In this document: positions 20,757 through 33,025 of the stretch, one piece after another
Position numbering within the stretch: position 1 is the stretch's first letter
Layout of the letters: every line of letters starts with the position of its first letter
NCBI GenBank assembly: GCA_963844035.1
Contig: CAWJMT010000027.1
Span: 1 to 64,000, forward strand
Direction of reading: 5' to 3'
Origin: an uncultured Gemmatimonadales bacterium
GTDB taxonomy: Bacteria > Gemmatimonadota > Gemmatimonadetes > Gemmatimonadales > GWC2-71-9
Length of the DNA stretch: 64,000 nt
Translations under genes and position numbers: made by a program
Notes under the pieces: model-generated
The model's database searches: none
What the model was told of the DNA's origin: nothing
Seen by the model: the letters and a program-made list of their open reading frames with translations, nothing else

Positions 20757-21287
20757 TCACCCAAAGGATCGATGTAGTATCCCCGGCAGCACGCGCAGCA
20801 GAAACGCAGACCACGCAGAGACATCCTCGTCGTCATGGTAGCGGAGACTGAAGTCTTGGTTTGGGCGGTACGGTCGCTCGACGGGTTGGAAGTCCGCGAG
20901 GAGAGCCTCGATCAGGAGGTCCGGGTTGGGAGAGGTCTTCGCGAACGCCTCGCGTAGCATCTGGATGTGCTCTGGTGGCGGAGGCTTGAGCTTCGCGATG
21001 ACTCGGTTCTGAAGGGTCAGCGCCTCCTCGAGCTCTGCTGTGGAGAGGAACTCCTGGAGCCGCTGTGTTGGGCCGCCCCAGGGTTTCGGGGGCCCGGAAG
21101 TCTGAAAATTCACAAAGAAGCTCGAACCGGCGTATTGATCCCAACCCCATTTGTCGCATTGGAACCACACCAGGACCGGTTCACTCTGCCAGCCGAGCTG
21201 CGCCTGCCTGGCGCGCTTGAAGCCCTGCTGCTTGAACCACGCACCGAGGTGTTCTCGCAGCGTGCGGTAGAGTTCCTGGCTCTTCAT
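20757..21287 (-). CDS. Hypothetical protein
   Basis: Intact 176-aa ORF immediately downstream of ppdK with plausible composition. Confidence 0.6.
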   Translation of the reverse strand: MKSQELYRTLREHLGAWFKQQGFKRARQAQLGWQSEPVLVWFQCDKWGWDQYAGSSFFVNFQTSGPPKPWGGPTQRLQEFLSTAELEEALTLQNRVIAKLKPPPPEHIQMLREAFAKTSPNPDLLIEALLADFQPVERPYRPNQDFSLRYHDDEDVSAWSAFLLRVLPGILHRSFG

Positions 21288-21291
21288 TCTC

Positions 21292-23957
<2,666 letters not shown>

Positions 23958-23974
23958 GCCGCAGTGCTTTGAAG

Positions 23975-24273
23975 GATGTGGTTATGATCCGGCCGCTACG
24001 TTCATGGCGCCGCTTCAGCTCGTCAACCTGCGTCATGGTGAAGTAGTTGAGGCGAACAATGCTCGCGATCGGCTTCAACTCCGCCGGCAACACATTCCGC
24101 GCCTCGTCCTTATTGTCCCGTTCGAGAATTATCCACGCCTTGTGCACCCCGTCCGAGCAGCCGAAGTCGGCACGCGTCAGGAAATGCGATCCGGTGCGCA
24201 GGAGCAGCTCAGCGGCACGGGCGCACGCGGCTGCCGTTCCATCGTGTGGTACCTCTATGAGAAATCTGTGCAT
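23975..24273 (-). CDS. Small conserved-looking hypothetical protein (3' end uncertain)
   Basis: MHRFLIEVPHD...GSHFLTRADFGCSDGVHKAWII; no stop before ppdK in this read. Confidence 0.6.
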
Positions 24274-24463
24274 AGTGTCTCCCAATTTTACCTTGAACGA
24301 ACGCCGCCGCCACCCTCAGGCTGTCGACTCCCTCCATCAGTACCCAACTAGTCCAACACGACAAACTGTCCGCTGACGTGACCGTCACCTCGGAGTTCAG
24401 GAATGAGTTTGCTGACGCAGGATTGGTGATCACAGCGAGCAGCGGCGTGGCGCATGGTCGTGA

Positions 24464-25271
24464 CTACAGGCGCGGGCATTGGGGACTCGGGCCGGGCAGG
24501 GCAAGCGTATCTGCAACCTTGAGCCAGCCCGACCGCCCGGCGAACGTCGCAACGTCGACCCACCACTCCAGTTCAGCTCTGCTGACGAGCGGGCACTGGG
24601 ATCCCACACACCGATGAATGGCCGGTCATTCCAAAAGGCGCGGAGCTCCATTTCCTCGCCCTTGTACCATCCCTTGAACGTCCCTTCGCCGAGGTGCTCG
24701 AGCAGATACACGGTGTCGCCCGGGACGAACGGTGTGCCAGCGGCATCGGTCGTGGAATCATGCACGAGGAGAACACCGGGCCGGACCACGTGGGTGAATC
24801 CGTCCGTGCCTTGAGCGAATCGCCGGGGTTGAGAACGAAGGCCAGTTGGGTGGATCGCCTTCGCTACGGTACACGGGCAGTGGCTTGAGTGCGTGCCACG
24901 TGCCGTAGTTGCAGTCGCACTCGGTCTGCTCGCAACCGTAGTGCGCGGCGAAGCGATGCCTGATCGGGGGGTACGGGAATGTGGCGGGGTCGATGGTCTG
25001 CAACAGCAGGTCGCTCCTGCCAGCTCTAGCAGCTCTAGCATCCCTAGCAGCTGAGGCACGTTCTCGGCCTCCCTCCACAGGAGTGCTACCCGGCTTTCTT
25101 GTGAGGTATCGGGGTCAACGATCTGCGACTGCAGGTCGCTCCTAGCACCTGGGGCAGCTGCAGTGTCTTTCGCCACTGATACCACGCTGTCTTGGGACGA
25201 CGAGTGTTGAGAGTCCTTTGCGGTGGCGCAAGCGGTCGAGAGAACCCAGATCAAGATCGTGATGCGCATCA
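24464..25271 (-). CDS. Hypothetical exported/lipoprotein, frameshifted
   Basis: MMRITILIWVLSTAC lipobox-like; GCEQTECDCNYGTW; GDTVYLLEHLGEG..KGWYKG; WWVDVAT..GRSGWL. Confidence 0.5.
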
Positions 25272-25373
25272 TGCGTCTCCCCCACTGCCGCCTACCGGAT
25301 TGTCTCAAGCTGCTCAGAGATGCATGGCGGCGTACGGCTGCAATTCTACCTCGAAGGCACTGCGCCGCCACCT

Positions 25374-25919
25374 TCAGGCGTCGGCGCGTGTCTTCCTGGC
25401 TTCGAGCAAGAGCCAGATGAACGGCAGGAGCGCTAGCACCTTCAGGGCTGGCGCTTCGGCGTCCAAAGACGTGCCCCGATAGGCCAGGTAGTACGCGTAG
25501 CCCCTCATCCCGGCGACCAGAGTGACAGCGCCGGCACCCACGATCCTCGTCCATCCGCGGGCGTCCACGACCACCACCGCCATGCACCACATGACAAAGA
25601 GATCGCCCGCCCGAGCTTCTATCCCTTGGCCCAATCCTTGGTAAGCGAGCTGGGTGAGTGAGTCGTGCTGCGCCAGTTCGGCGACGCCTTGGATCAGGAA
25701 GATCAGGGCCAGGACGCCGAGGGAGAGGGATCCGGTCCAGGCGATCCATCGTGCCGTCCGAAAGTCGAAGACCGCCACGGCCATGAGTGCCGCACCCACC
25801 GCGAGCGCCAGGTGAATAACAACCTCGGCGCCACGGCCCGCGACCGCTTGGTAGAAAGCTGCCATCGGGAGGGCCGATAGGAAGACGACGGCGGCGACAA
25901 CTGTGCGGCGGGACCTCAT
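25374..25919 (-). CDS. Hypothetical integral membrane protein
   Basis: 181 aa with about 6 hydrophobic segments. Confidence 0.65.
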   Translation of the reverse strand: MRSRRTVVAAVVFLSALPMAAFYQAVAGRGAEVVIHLALAVGAALMAVAVFDFRTARWIAWTGSLSLGVLALIFLIQGVAELAQHDSLTQLAYQGLGQGIEARAGDLFVMWCMAVVVVDARGWTRIVGAGAVTLVAGMRGYAYYLAYRGTSLDAEAPALKVLALLPFIWLLLEARKTRADA

Positions 25920-25952
25920 GCTTCGCTGGGGCTACGTAGAGACGCCACTCGG

Positions 25953-26328
25953 TTATGAGGTACGGCGAGCGCTCCATGCCCGACGCTCCTGCACTCGCAC
26001 TTTCGCCAGCTTCGTCACAAGGCTGGCTGGAATCGGCGCATCAAGCGGGAACCTCAGGGTACCCTTCCCTGCTCGATAAGGCTCGAGTGCTTCACGATAC
26101 TTGGCCACCATCCCGGCAGTGACCGGGTAAACGCCGACGTGCTTCTTGAACGCTGCGATGTACAGTAGATAGCGGCCGTCCGAGGTCGAACGTCGGGATT
26201 CGATAGCTGATACGCTCCGTGATCCCCGGTGCTGCCGCTTTGATTGCGGCCCGCAGTTGTTTGAGCGCCTTGCGCGCCAACGGGGGAGTCTTGGCTATGT
26301 AGTCAGATACCGCGGTCGTCCTGGTCAT
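25953..26328 (-). CDS. DUF1801 (YdhG-like) protein, frameshifted
   Basis: VSDYIA...LKQLRAAIKAAAPGITERISYRIPTF; then AAFKKHVGVYP...KGTLRFPLDAPIP. Confidence 0.85.
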
Positions 26329-26388
26329 GGTCAGAGTCTCACGCAATTCTACCGGACATTCTTTCGCTCCTTTGAATCCTGCCTCCGC

Positions 26389-27021
26389 TCAGCGAAGGTG
26401 GTGTGACGGCCAGGGCGGAAAACTCAGCTGAACGCCGATGCCCAGGCGGCCTCCAGGGAGCAGTCCGATCTCCGCACGTGGCGTGAGTGTCACCGTCCGG
26501 TACGGTGGAGAGCGAACGAGCGCTCCACTAATGCCGCCGAGGGCCGCGCCGAGCAGCGTGAACGATCCGACGACGTGCCATGGGTTGCAAATCCAGTAGA
26601 GGTCGCCGTCGCATGGGTATAGGATCGCTCCGGCGATGCCATAGCTAATCCCGAACACCAGTCCCACGCCGGCACCCACGAGCAGGTATTGCGCTGTCCA
26701 CGACCGCGGCGGCTGGTTGCCGTGATTCACTTCGAAGCGTTTCACGACGGAGAACGCGACCACGGTCACAGAGTCGGTCTGGCTCGCACTCCGGAGCACG
26801 ACGGAGTCGGCGCGAAATCCGACGAAGGAGCCCGGCCACCGCTTCCAATGGAGTGAGGGCGCTGTAACTCGCACCTCGTCACCCGGCGCAACGTGAGCGG
26901 TGTCCTGCGCGCGGGCCGATGGAAGCGTGATCGCAAAGAGTGTGGCGAGCGCCCACAGCGTTTGATCGAGCGGGCTCACACGTGATGCGCGCTTGTTAGG
27001 CGGCGGCTCGCGCTGCGACAT
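26389..27021 (-). CDS. Hypothetical exported/membrane protein
   Basis: Signal-like helix, PGDEVRVTAP...DSVVL, Gly-rich TM hairpin. Confidence 0.55.
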   Translation of the reverse strand: MSQREPPPNKRASRVSPLDQTLWALATLFAITLPSARAQDTAHVAPGDEVRVTAPSLHWKRWPGSFVGFRADSVVLRSASQTDSVTVVAFSVVKRFEVNHGNQPPRSWTAQYLLVGAGVGLVFGISYGIAGAILYPCDGDLYWICNPWHVVGSFTLLGAALGGISGALVRSPPYRTVTLTPRAEIGLLPGGRLGIGVQLSFPPWPSHHLR

Positions 27022-27038
27022 CGAGTCGCCACCGAACC

Positions 27039-27524
27039 TCAGCCACGGCGCGCCTCCTCGATAGCCGCGATGTCGATCTTCTGCATCAGCATCATCGCAT
27101 CGAACGCGCGCTCGGCGGCAGCCCGATCGGGATCGGTGATCGCTTTCGTCAGAGCGATCGGCGTAATCTGCCAGGACAATCCCCATTTGTCCTTGCACCA
27201 GCCGCACGCACTCTCCTGGCCGCCGTTGCCGACGATTGCGTTCCAGTAGCGATCCGTTTCGGCCTGGTCAGCGGTGGCGACCTGAAACGAGAACGCTTCG
27301 TTGTGCTTGAATGCAGGTCCGCCGTTGAGCCCGAGGCACGGAACGCCCATGACGGTGAACTCGACGGTCAAAACGTCCCCTTTCTTCCCCGACGGGAAAT
27401 CTCCCGGTGCGCGATGCACCGCGCTGACGGACGAATCGGGGAAGGTCTTGGCATAAAACCGCGCCGCATCCTCGGCGTCGCGATCGTACCAGAGACAAAT
27501 CGTGTTCTTTGCTGGCTTCACCAT
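27039..27524 (-). CDS. PhnB-like VOC protein (3-demethylubiquinone-9 3-methyltransferase family)
   Basis: NTICLWYD, AARFYA, GLNGGPAFKHNEAFSFQV, CGWCKDKWGLSWQITP. Confidence 0.92.
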   Translation of the reverse strand: MVKPAKNTICLWYDRDAEDAARFYAKTFPDSSVSAVHRAPGDFPSGKKGDVLTVEFTVMGVPCLGLNGGPAFKHNEAFSFQVATADQAETDRYWNAIVGNGGQESACGWCKDKWGLSWQITPIALTKAITDPDRAAAERAFDAMMLMQKIDIAAIEEARRG

Positions 27525-27600
27525 GTCACTTCTCCATCGAGATGAGCCACCCAGGCCGGAGTCAACGATGTGCTCGGAGCGAAGGCGGCTCGCGAGGACT

Positions 27601-28938
27601 TCAGTCTGAGGCTTCTCCCCCATCAACTCGTAGAACCGCCGGAACACCTCAATCCCGTCCCACAGCTGTTTCAGCTCGAGCTTCTCGTTGGGAGCGTGCA
27701 ACCGGTCGTCGGGAAGCCCGATCCCCGTGAGAATCACCGGCGCGCCGCTCTTGCCCAGCGCCGGCACGATCGGGATCGACCCGCCGGCCCGCGCCGGCAC
27801 GGTGCCCCGCCCCACCACCTCGCGGAACGCCTCGTCGAGCAGCTTGAACGCCGGATGCGTGACCTTCACCTGCGCGGGGTCGGCACCGTGTAGAAACTTC
27901 ACCGTCGCGGTGACGTGCTTGGGCGTGTAGCGCTTGACGGCGGCGGCGAGCTGGCGCTCGACGGCCTTGAGCTTCTGGTTCGGCACCATGCGAATGCTCA
28001 CCTTGGCGCTCGCCTCGGCCGGGATCACAGTCTTCGCCCCCTCCCCCGTGAACCCCCCCTTGATGCCGTGGATCTCGAACGTCGGCAGCGCCCACAAGCG
28101 CTCGAGCACCGAATACTGCTTGAGCCCGGTCAGCGCCTTCGCCTGGACCCGCTTCTTCAGGAAGTCGGCCTCTTTGAACGGCAGCTTCTTCCACGCGGCG
28201 CGCTCGGCCTTGGACGGCGCTTTCACCGCGCCGTACAAGCCCGGGAATCTGAATCTTGCCGTCGGGAGTCTTGAGCTTGCCCAGCAGCCGGGCCAGCTCT
28301 TCGTGCGCGTTGGGCGCCGCGCCGCCGAACTCCCCGGAATGAAGATCCGACTTCGCGGTCCGCACGGTGATCTCGGCGTAACACAGGCCACGCAGCGCCG
28401 TGTACACCGCCGGCCAGCCCGGGGCCACATACGCCATGTCGGCCACCAGGACGGCATCGGCGCGCGTGCGCTCGGGCTCGCGCTTGAGCAGATCGAACAG
28501 CACGCGGCTGCCGAACTCTTCCTCTCCTTCGATCATGAACCGGAAGTTCACCGGGACCCGGTCGCAGGCGGCGATCGCCTTCAGCAGACAGAACACCTGG
28601 CCCTTGTCGTCCGCGGCGCCGCGGGCGAACAACGTGCCGCCGCGCACCGTGGGCTCGAACGGCGGAGTGACCCACTCGTTGAGCGGATCGGGCGGCTGCA
28701 CGTCGTAGTGCCCGTAGATCAACAGGGTCGGCGCCCCGGGTACCTCGGGGCCGACGCCCCACACGACGGGATGCGATTCGTCGGCGAGCAATTGTACTTC
28801 AGGGCAACCCAGCCGTCGCAACTCGGCGGCAACCCACTCGGCCGCCGCGCGGCAGTCGGCGTTGTGTGCCGGCAGTGTCGAAACAGACGGGATGCGGAGA
28901 AACTCGATCAGCTCGCGTTGCAACGTTGCGTGGTCCAT
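27601..28938 (-). CDS. M20 family dipeptidase, frameshifted (3' end approximate)
   Basis: LRIPSVS, YGHYDVQP, ARGAADDKGQ, IEGEEEFGS, DLHSG, GGSIPIV, HAPNEK. Confidence 0.92.
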
Positions 28939-29004
28939 GGCGCGACAATCTAGACCCAACCAGTGCGCCTAGCCAGCGACGAGCCCGGGGATACATTACC
29001 GCCC

Positions 29005-30132
29005 ATGCGCACCACCGCTTCGTTCGATCTCTTCCCCGACGTCCCGAACGAACGCGTCATCGCGCGCGCGCGCTGGCTGGCGCAGCAGGGCCGCGTGGGC
29101 GACGCAGAGCGCGCCTACCGCACCGTGCTCGCCGCCCAGCCCGACTTGAAAGCGTGCTGGGCCGAATGCTTCGAGCTGTTGCGCCGCACCGGCCGCGCCG
29201 CCGAGGCGCTCGGCCTCGCCGAAGCCGCCCTCGGCCACTTCGGTCCCACCGGCTTGTCGCTCACGCTGCGCGGCGCCGCGCTGATCGAGCTGGAGCGCTA
29301 CCGCGAAGCGCTCGGCGCCCTCGAGCAGGCGCTCGAGCGCGATCCCGATCTCGGCATGGCCTGGCACGAGCTCGGCTACGCGGCGCATCGCATGGGCGAC
29401 GCCAATCGCGCGCTGCTCGCCCTCGACCGCGCGTTCGCGATCGAGCCGCACACGGAAACACTGCGGCTGCGCGGCATCATTCTGCGCGCGGCGGGACGCT
29501 ACCAGGCCGCCGAAGTGTCCTTCGAGGGCGCGGCGCAAACTGCCGAGCATCCCGATCAACGGGCCGAGTGCGAGCGTGAGATCCTCACCACGCGTCGCTA
29601 CGCGTTCTTCACGCCGAAACGGCCCGACGACTTGACCCCGGCGCAGCGCTGGTTCGCAGATACCGGCACGATCGTGCTCGCCCCCGACCCCGGGCCGGTG
29701 CCGCCCAGCGACGAAGCGCTGAGCAAAGCGTTGATCGAAGTGGCGCAGGATTCCGCCTGGCGCTTTGGGCAGGTGGTCACCGTTGACGGGTCGCGCGCCC
29801 CGTGGGCCGAGTTGGCCGAGGCGCTCGGCGCACCCCTCGTGGACCAGGCGGCGTTCGACGCCGCCGCGTGCCCGCTGGTCGTGGCGCCCCGCCCCCTCGT
29901 GAACGAGCCGGCGTGGGCCTCGCTCACCGCGGCCGTCGCGAGCTACGGGACCGGCCTGGTGTTCGTGCTCGAGCACCCCGCCGACGTCGCGCTGGGGGGC
30001 GGCGCCGATATCATCGGCGTGCTCACCGACCGCGGCGTCCGGCGCCCCCGCATGCCCAACACCGCGCACGCCATCGCCGACGCCCAGATCCCCGCCGCCC
30101 GCTGCGCCGGACGCCGGCTCCGTCCCGCCTGA
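29005..30132 (+). CDS. Tetratricopeptide-repeat protein with unknown C-terminal alpha/beta domain
   Basis: Several TPR-like helices (GAALIELERYREALGALEQALERDP, AWHELG). Confidence 0.75.
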   Translation: MRTTASFDLFPDVPNERVIARARWLAQQGRVGDAERAYRTVLAAQPDLKACWAECFELLRRTGRAAEALGLAEAALGHFGPTGLSLTLRGAALIELERYREALGALEQALERDPDLGMAWHELGYAAHRMGDANRALLALDRAFAIEPHTETLRLRGIILRAAGRYQAAEVSFEGAAQTAEHPDQRAECEREILTTRRYAFFTPKRPDDLTPAQRWFADTGTIVLAPDPGPVPPSDEALSKALIEVAQDSAWRFGQVVTVDGSRAPWAELAEALGAPLVDQAAFDAAACPLVVAPRPLVNEPAWASLTAAVASYGTGLVFVLEHPADVALGGGADIIGVLTDRGVRRPRMPNTAHAIADAQIPAARCAGRRLRPA

Positions 30133-30142
30133 CCGCGACGCC

Positions 30143-31411
30143 GTGACCGCGCCCGTCCCCGTACCGCCCCGCGCCATGTCGGGGAAGTCGATCGCGGCAA
30201 GCCAGTTCGACCGCGCCGCCAACCTGATCAACCTCGAAGACTACATGCGCCGCATCCTGATGACCCCGTTCCGGGAGGTGCAGGTCGAGGTCCCGGTGCG
30301 GATGGACGACGGACGCATCGAGGTGTACACCGGCTACCGCATCCAGCACAACGGCGCGCGCGGCCCCTGTAAGGGCGGCATCCGCTTTCACCCCGAGGCC
30401 GACCACGACGAAGTGCTCGGCCTCGCGACCATCATGACGTGGAAGACGGCGCTCATGGACATCCCGTTCGGCGGCTCCAAGGGGGGCGTCACCGTCGATC
30501 CCAAGAAGCTTTCGCGGCTCGAGCTCGAGCGCCTGACGCGCCGCTTCACCCAGCGCATTTCCATCGTGCTCGGACCCTACCGCGACGTCCCCGCGCCCGA
30601 TGTGAACACCAACGCGCAGGTGATGGCCTGGATCCTGGACGAGTACTCGAGCCGCCACGGCTACACCCCCGCTGCCGTCACCGGCAAGCCGGTGTCGCTC
30701 GGCGGCTCGCTCGGCCGCGACGAAGCCACCGGCCGCGGCGTGATGTACGTGATGATGGAATACGCGCGCGACTTCGGTATCCCGCTCAAGGGCAGCCGCG
30801 TCGTGATCCAGGGCTTCGGCAACGTCGGCGGCCATCTGGCCCGGCTGCTCGTCGCCGAAGCGGGCGCCAAGGTCGTCGCCGTATCGGATGTGGACGGCGG
30901 GATCGTGAACGAGCAGGGCCTCGACATCCCGGGGCTGCTCGCGCACGCGGTCGCCGGGAAGCCCGTATCGGCGTGGAGCGGCGGCAAACGCATCAGCCAC
31001 GCCGAGCTATGGAAAGTCCCCTGCGACTGGCTGGTGCCGGCGGCGCTGGGCGGCGTGATCAATAAGGAAGACAACGCGAGCAGCATCGACTGCAAGGTCC
31101 TGGTCGAAGGGGCCAACGAGCCCACTACCCCAGCCGCGGACCGCATCCTCGAGGAGCGCGGCATCCCCGTGATCCCTGACTTCCTGGCGAACGCCGGCGG
31201 CGTCACCGTGAGTTATTACGAGTGGGCGCAAAATCTTCAGCAGTACCGCTGGACCCACGAGCAGGTGAACCGTGAGCTGCGCGCGACGATCACCAAGGCT
31301 TATGAGGGCGTGCGGGACTTGGCCAAACAGCGTGGGGTGACATTCCGTACGGCTGCGTACGCGATCGCGCTACAGCGGGTGGCGGAGGCGGAGAGGCTGA
31401 GGGGCAATTAG
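30143..31411 (+). CDS. gdhA: Glu/Leu/Phe/Val dehydrogenase (glutamate dehydrogenase-like)
   Basis: GPCKGGIRFHP, MTWKTAL, PFGGSKGG, DVPAPDVNT, GRDEATGRG, IQGFGNVG, EGANEP, PDFLANAGGVTVSYYEW. Confidence 0.93.
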   Translation: MTAPVPVPPRAMSGKSIAASQFDRAANLINLEDYMRRILMTPFREVQVEVPVRMDDGRIEVYTGYRIQHNGARGPCKGGIRFHPEADHDEVLGLATIMTWKTALMDIPFGGSKGGVTVDPKKLSRLELERLTRRFTQRISIVLGPYRDVPAPDVNTNAQVMAWILDEYSSRHGYTPAAVTGKPVSLGGSLGRDEATGRGVMYVMMEYARDFGIPLKGSRVVIQGFGNVGGHLARLLVAEAGAKVVAVSDVDGGIVNEQGLDIPGLLAHAVAGKPVSAWSGGKRISHAELWKVPCDWLVPAALGGVINKEDNASSIDCKVLVEGANEPTTPAADRILEERGIPVIPDFLANAGGVTVSYYEWAQNLQQYRWTHEQVNRELRATITKAYEGVRDLAKQRGVTFRTAAYAIALQRVAEAERLRGN

Positions 31412-31442
31412 GCGGGAGGGCGGGAAGGCGGGAAGGCGGGAA
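31411..31442 (+). repeat. Octamer tandem repeat (GGCGGGAR)x4, left arm
   Basis: GGCGGGAG GGCGGGAA GGCGGGAA GGCGGGAA starting at the gdhA stop codon. Confidence 0.95.
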
Positions 31443-31489
31443 GATGGTACGTTGCCCAACGATTTGATTCAGCACACGCGCTGGCCTCC

Positions 31490-31876
31490 ATGAGAATTGT
31501 CGGCGTGGCTCGCTACCATCGATTCGAAGCTTGGAAGAAGTCGCATCACCTCGCGCTCGAGGTGTATCGCATCACGGTATCCTTCCCACGACACGAGTTA
31601 TACGGGATCACCTCCCAAGCAAGGCGCGCCGCGCTCTCCGTTCCAACGAACATCGCGGAGGGGTCTGCCAAGCGAGGCAGACGGGAGTTCGGGCGCTATC
31701 TCGACATCGCCCTCGGCTCGTTGTCCGAGCTCTCGTACCTCCTCTTGGTGGCGCGAGACTTGGGGTTGTTGTCACAGGAACAGTGGAGCGCATTCGACGC
31801 CTTGCACGACGAAACTGGCAAGATCTTGTGGGGACTCTACGAGGCCGTGCGACGCGGGTCGACTACGATCCGCTAG
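31490..31876 (+). CDS. Four-helix-bundle protein (23S rRNA IVP-like/TIGR02436-type)
   Basis: FEAWKKSHHLALEVY, FPRHELYGITSQARRAALSVPTNIAEGS, YLDIALGSLSEL. Confidence 0.93.
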   Translation: MRIVGVARYHRFEAWKKSHHLALEVYRITVSFPRHELYGITSQARRAALSVPTNIAEGSAKRGRREFGRYLDIALGSLSELSYLLLVARDLGLLSQEQWSAFDALHDETGKILWGLYEAVRRGSTTIR

Positions 31877-31885
31877 GCCATAATA

Positions 31886-31918
31886 CTTCCCGCCTTCCCG
31901 CCCTCCCGTCTGCCCGCC
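31886..31918 (-). repeat. Inverted octamer tandem repeat x4, right arm
   Basis: CTTCCCGCC TTCCCGCC CTCCCGTC TGCCCGCC, near reverse complement of 31411-31442; abuts the aminopeptidase stop. Confidence 0.95.
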
Positions 31919-33025
31919 TCAATCCGCAGGAACTCCCGGTCTCGAATACAACGATTGGTAGGGATCCTCCCCCGGCTGCGTAAACACCCGTACCTCGATC
32001 GCGCGGATCGTCTCGGCGATGTCGGCGCCGTTTTGCAGGTAGATCTCGTCGAACAGATTGAGGTTCATGCGGTACAGCCGCTGGGCGATCACGACGGCGT
32101 TGTTGAGCGTCGAGGTGGCATACCAGCGCCAGTCGTAGGTCTCGAGTGACTGCCCGACCGGCCCCGTGAGCTGGGTGCGGGCCCACCGGAACAGCGTCGC
32201 CCGCGCCTGCGCCACGCCTACCCCGCCCGGAGTGCTCGCGTACGCGGAATCGAGCCGCCGCGCCAGCTCGGAGTAGAACACGTCGAGGATGCGCTCGTCC
32301 CGCCAGCGCGCGGCCGCGCGCGCCGCGTCGAGCGAGTCGCCGCGCGACCGGAAGAACGCCTGCGCGCCCCGATAGCCGACGAAGCTCGCAAAGCTCTCGT
32401 CGAACGCCGTGTGGCCCTTCACGTACAGCGTGTTGTGCGCCAGCTCGTGCAGCACCGTGGCGACCAGCTCCATCGTGTCCTTGCCCATGATCGTCGAGAG
32501 CAGCGGGTCGCTGAAGTAGCCGAGCGTCGAGAACGCTCCCGCGCGGCGCAGGTAGGTGTCGTACCCTTCCTCTTCAAGGTCCGCGGCCGTCTCCCGCGCG
32601 CGCGCGAAGTCGAAGAAGCCCTTGTACGGCACCACGCCCACGATCGGATAGGTCCAGGTGTAGGCGCGCAGCCGCTCGCGGCGGCTGGCGGACAGCAGCA
32701 GCAGCAGCGTGTCGCGCTTCACGTCGGCGTAGGTGGTGTAGGTGCGGCCGACCGACAGCTGCATCGAGTCCGCCGCGTACGCCCGCGCGTCGAGCACCAG
32801 CTGCAGGCGCTGGCGCAGCGGCGCCGGCGTCTTCGAGTCGGCCACGAGCCCCGCGATCGACCGGCGCCGCAGCAGGATGCGGGCTTCCTCGGTTCCGGCG
32901 CGCGCGATGTAGCGCGCATCGGCGCTCACGACCAGCGCCAGCAGCACCATCGCCGGCACCCCCACCACCACCCACAGCAGCAGCCGGCGGAACACGCGAC
33001 CCCAGTTCGGGGAACGGCGCAGCAT
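31919..33025 (-). CDS. Putative zinc aminopeptidase (Aminopep/DUF2265 family)
   Basis: WTYPIVGVVPYKGFFD, AFSTLGYFSDPL, VLHELAHNTLY, FDESFASFVG. Confidence 0.88.
   Translation of the reverse strand: MLRRSPNWGRVFRRLLLWVVVGVPAMVLLALVVSADARYIARAGTEEARILLRRRSIAGLVADSKTPAPLRQRLQLVLDARAYAADSMQLSVGRTYTTYADVKRDTLLLLLSASRRERLRAYTWTYPIVGVVPYKGFFDFARARETAADLEEEGYDTYLRRAGAFSTLGYFSDPLLSTIMGKDTMELVATVLHELAHNTLYVKGHTAFDESFASFVGYRGAQAFFRSRGDSLDAARAAARWRDERILDVFYSELARRLDSAYASTPGGVGVAQARATLFRWARTQLTGPVGQSLETYDWRWYATSTLNNAVVIAQRLYRMNLNLFDEIYLQNGADIAETIRAIEVRVFTQPGEDPYQSLYSRPGVPAD

Noticed and set aside
27039..28457. M20 peptidase-PhnB fusion
   Set aside because: The linker looks non-coding and the PhnB-like gene has its own RBS/ATG at 27524; likely a lost stop codon
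31490..31876. Diversity-generating retroelement (Avd) or 23S rRNA intervening sequence
   Set aside because: No reverse transcriptase, TR/VR pair or rRNA sequence in the window
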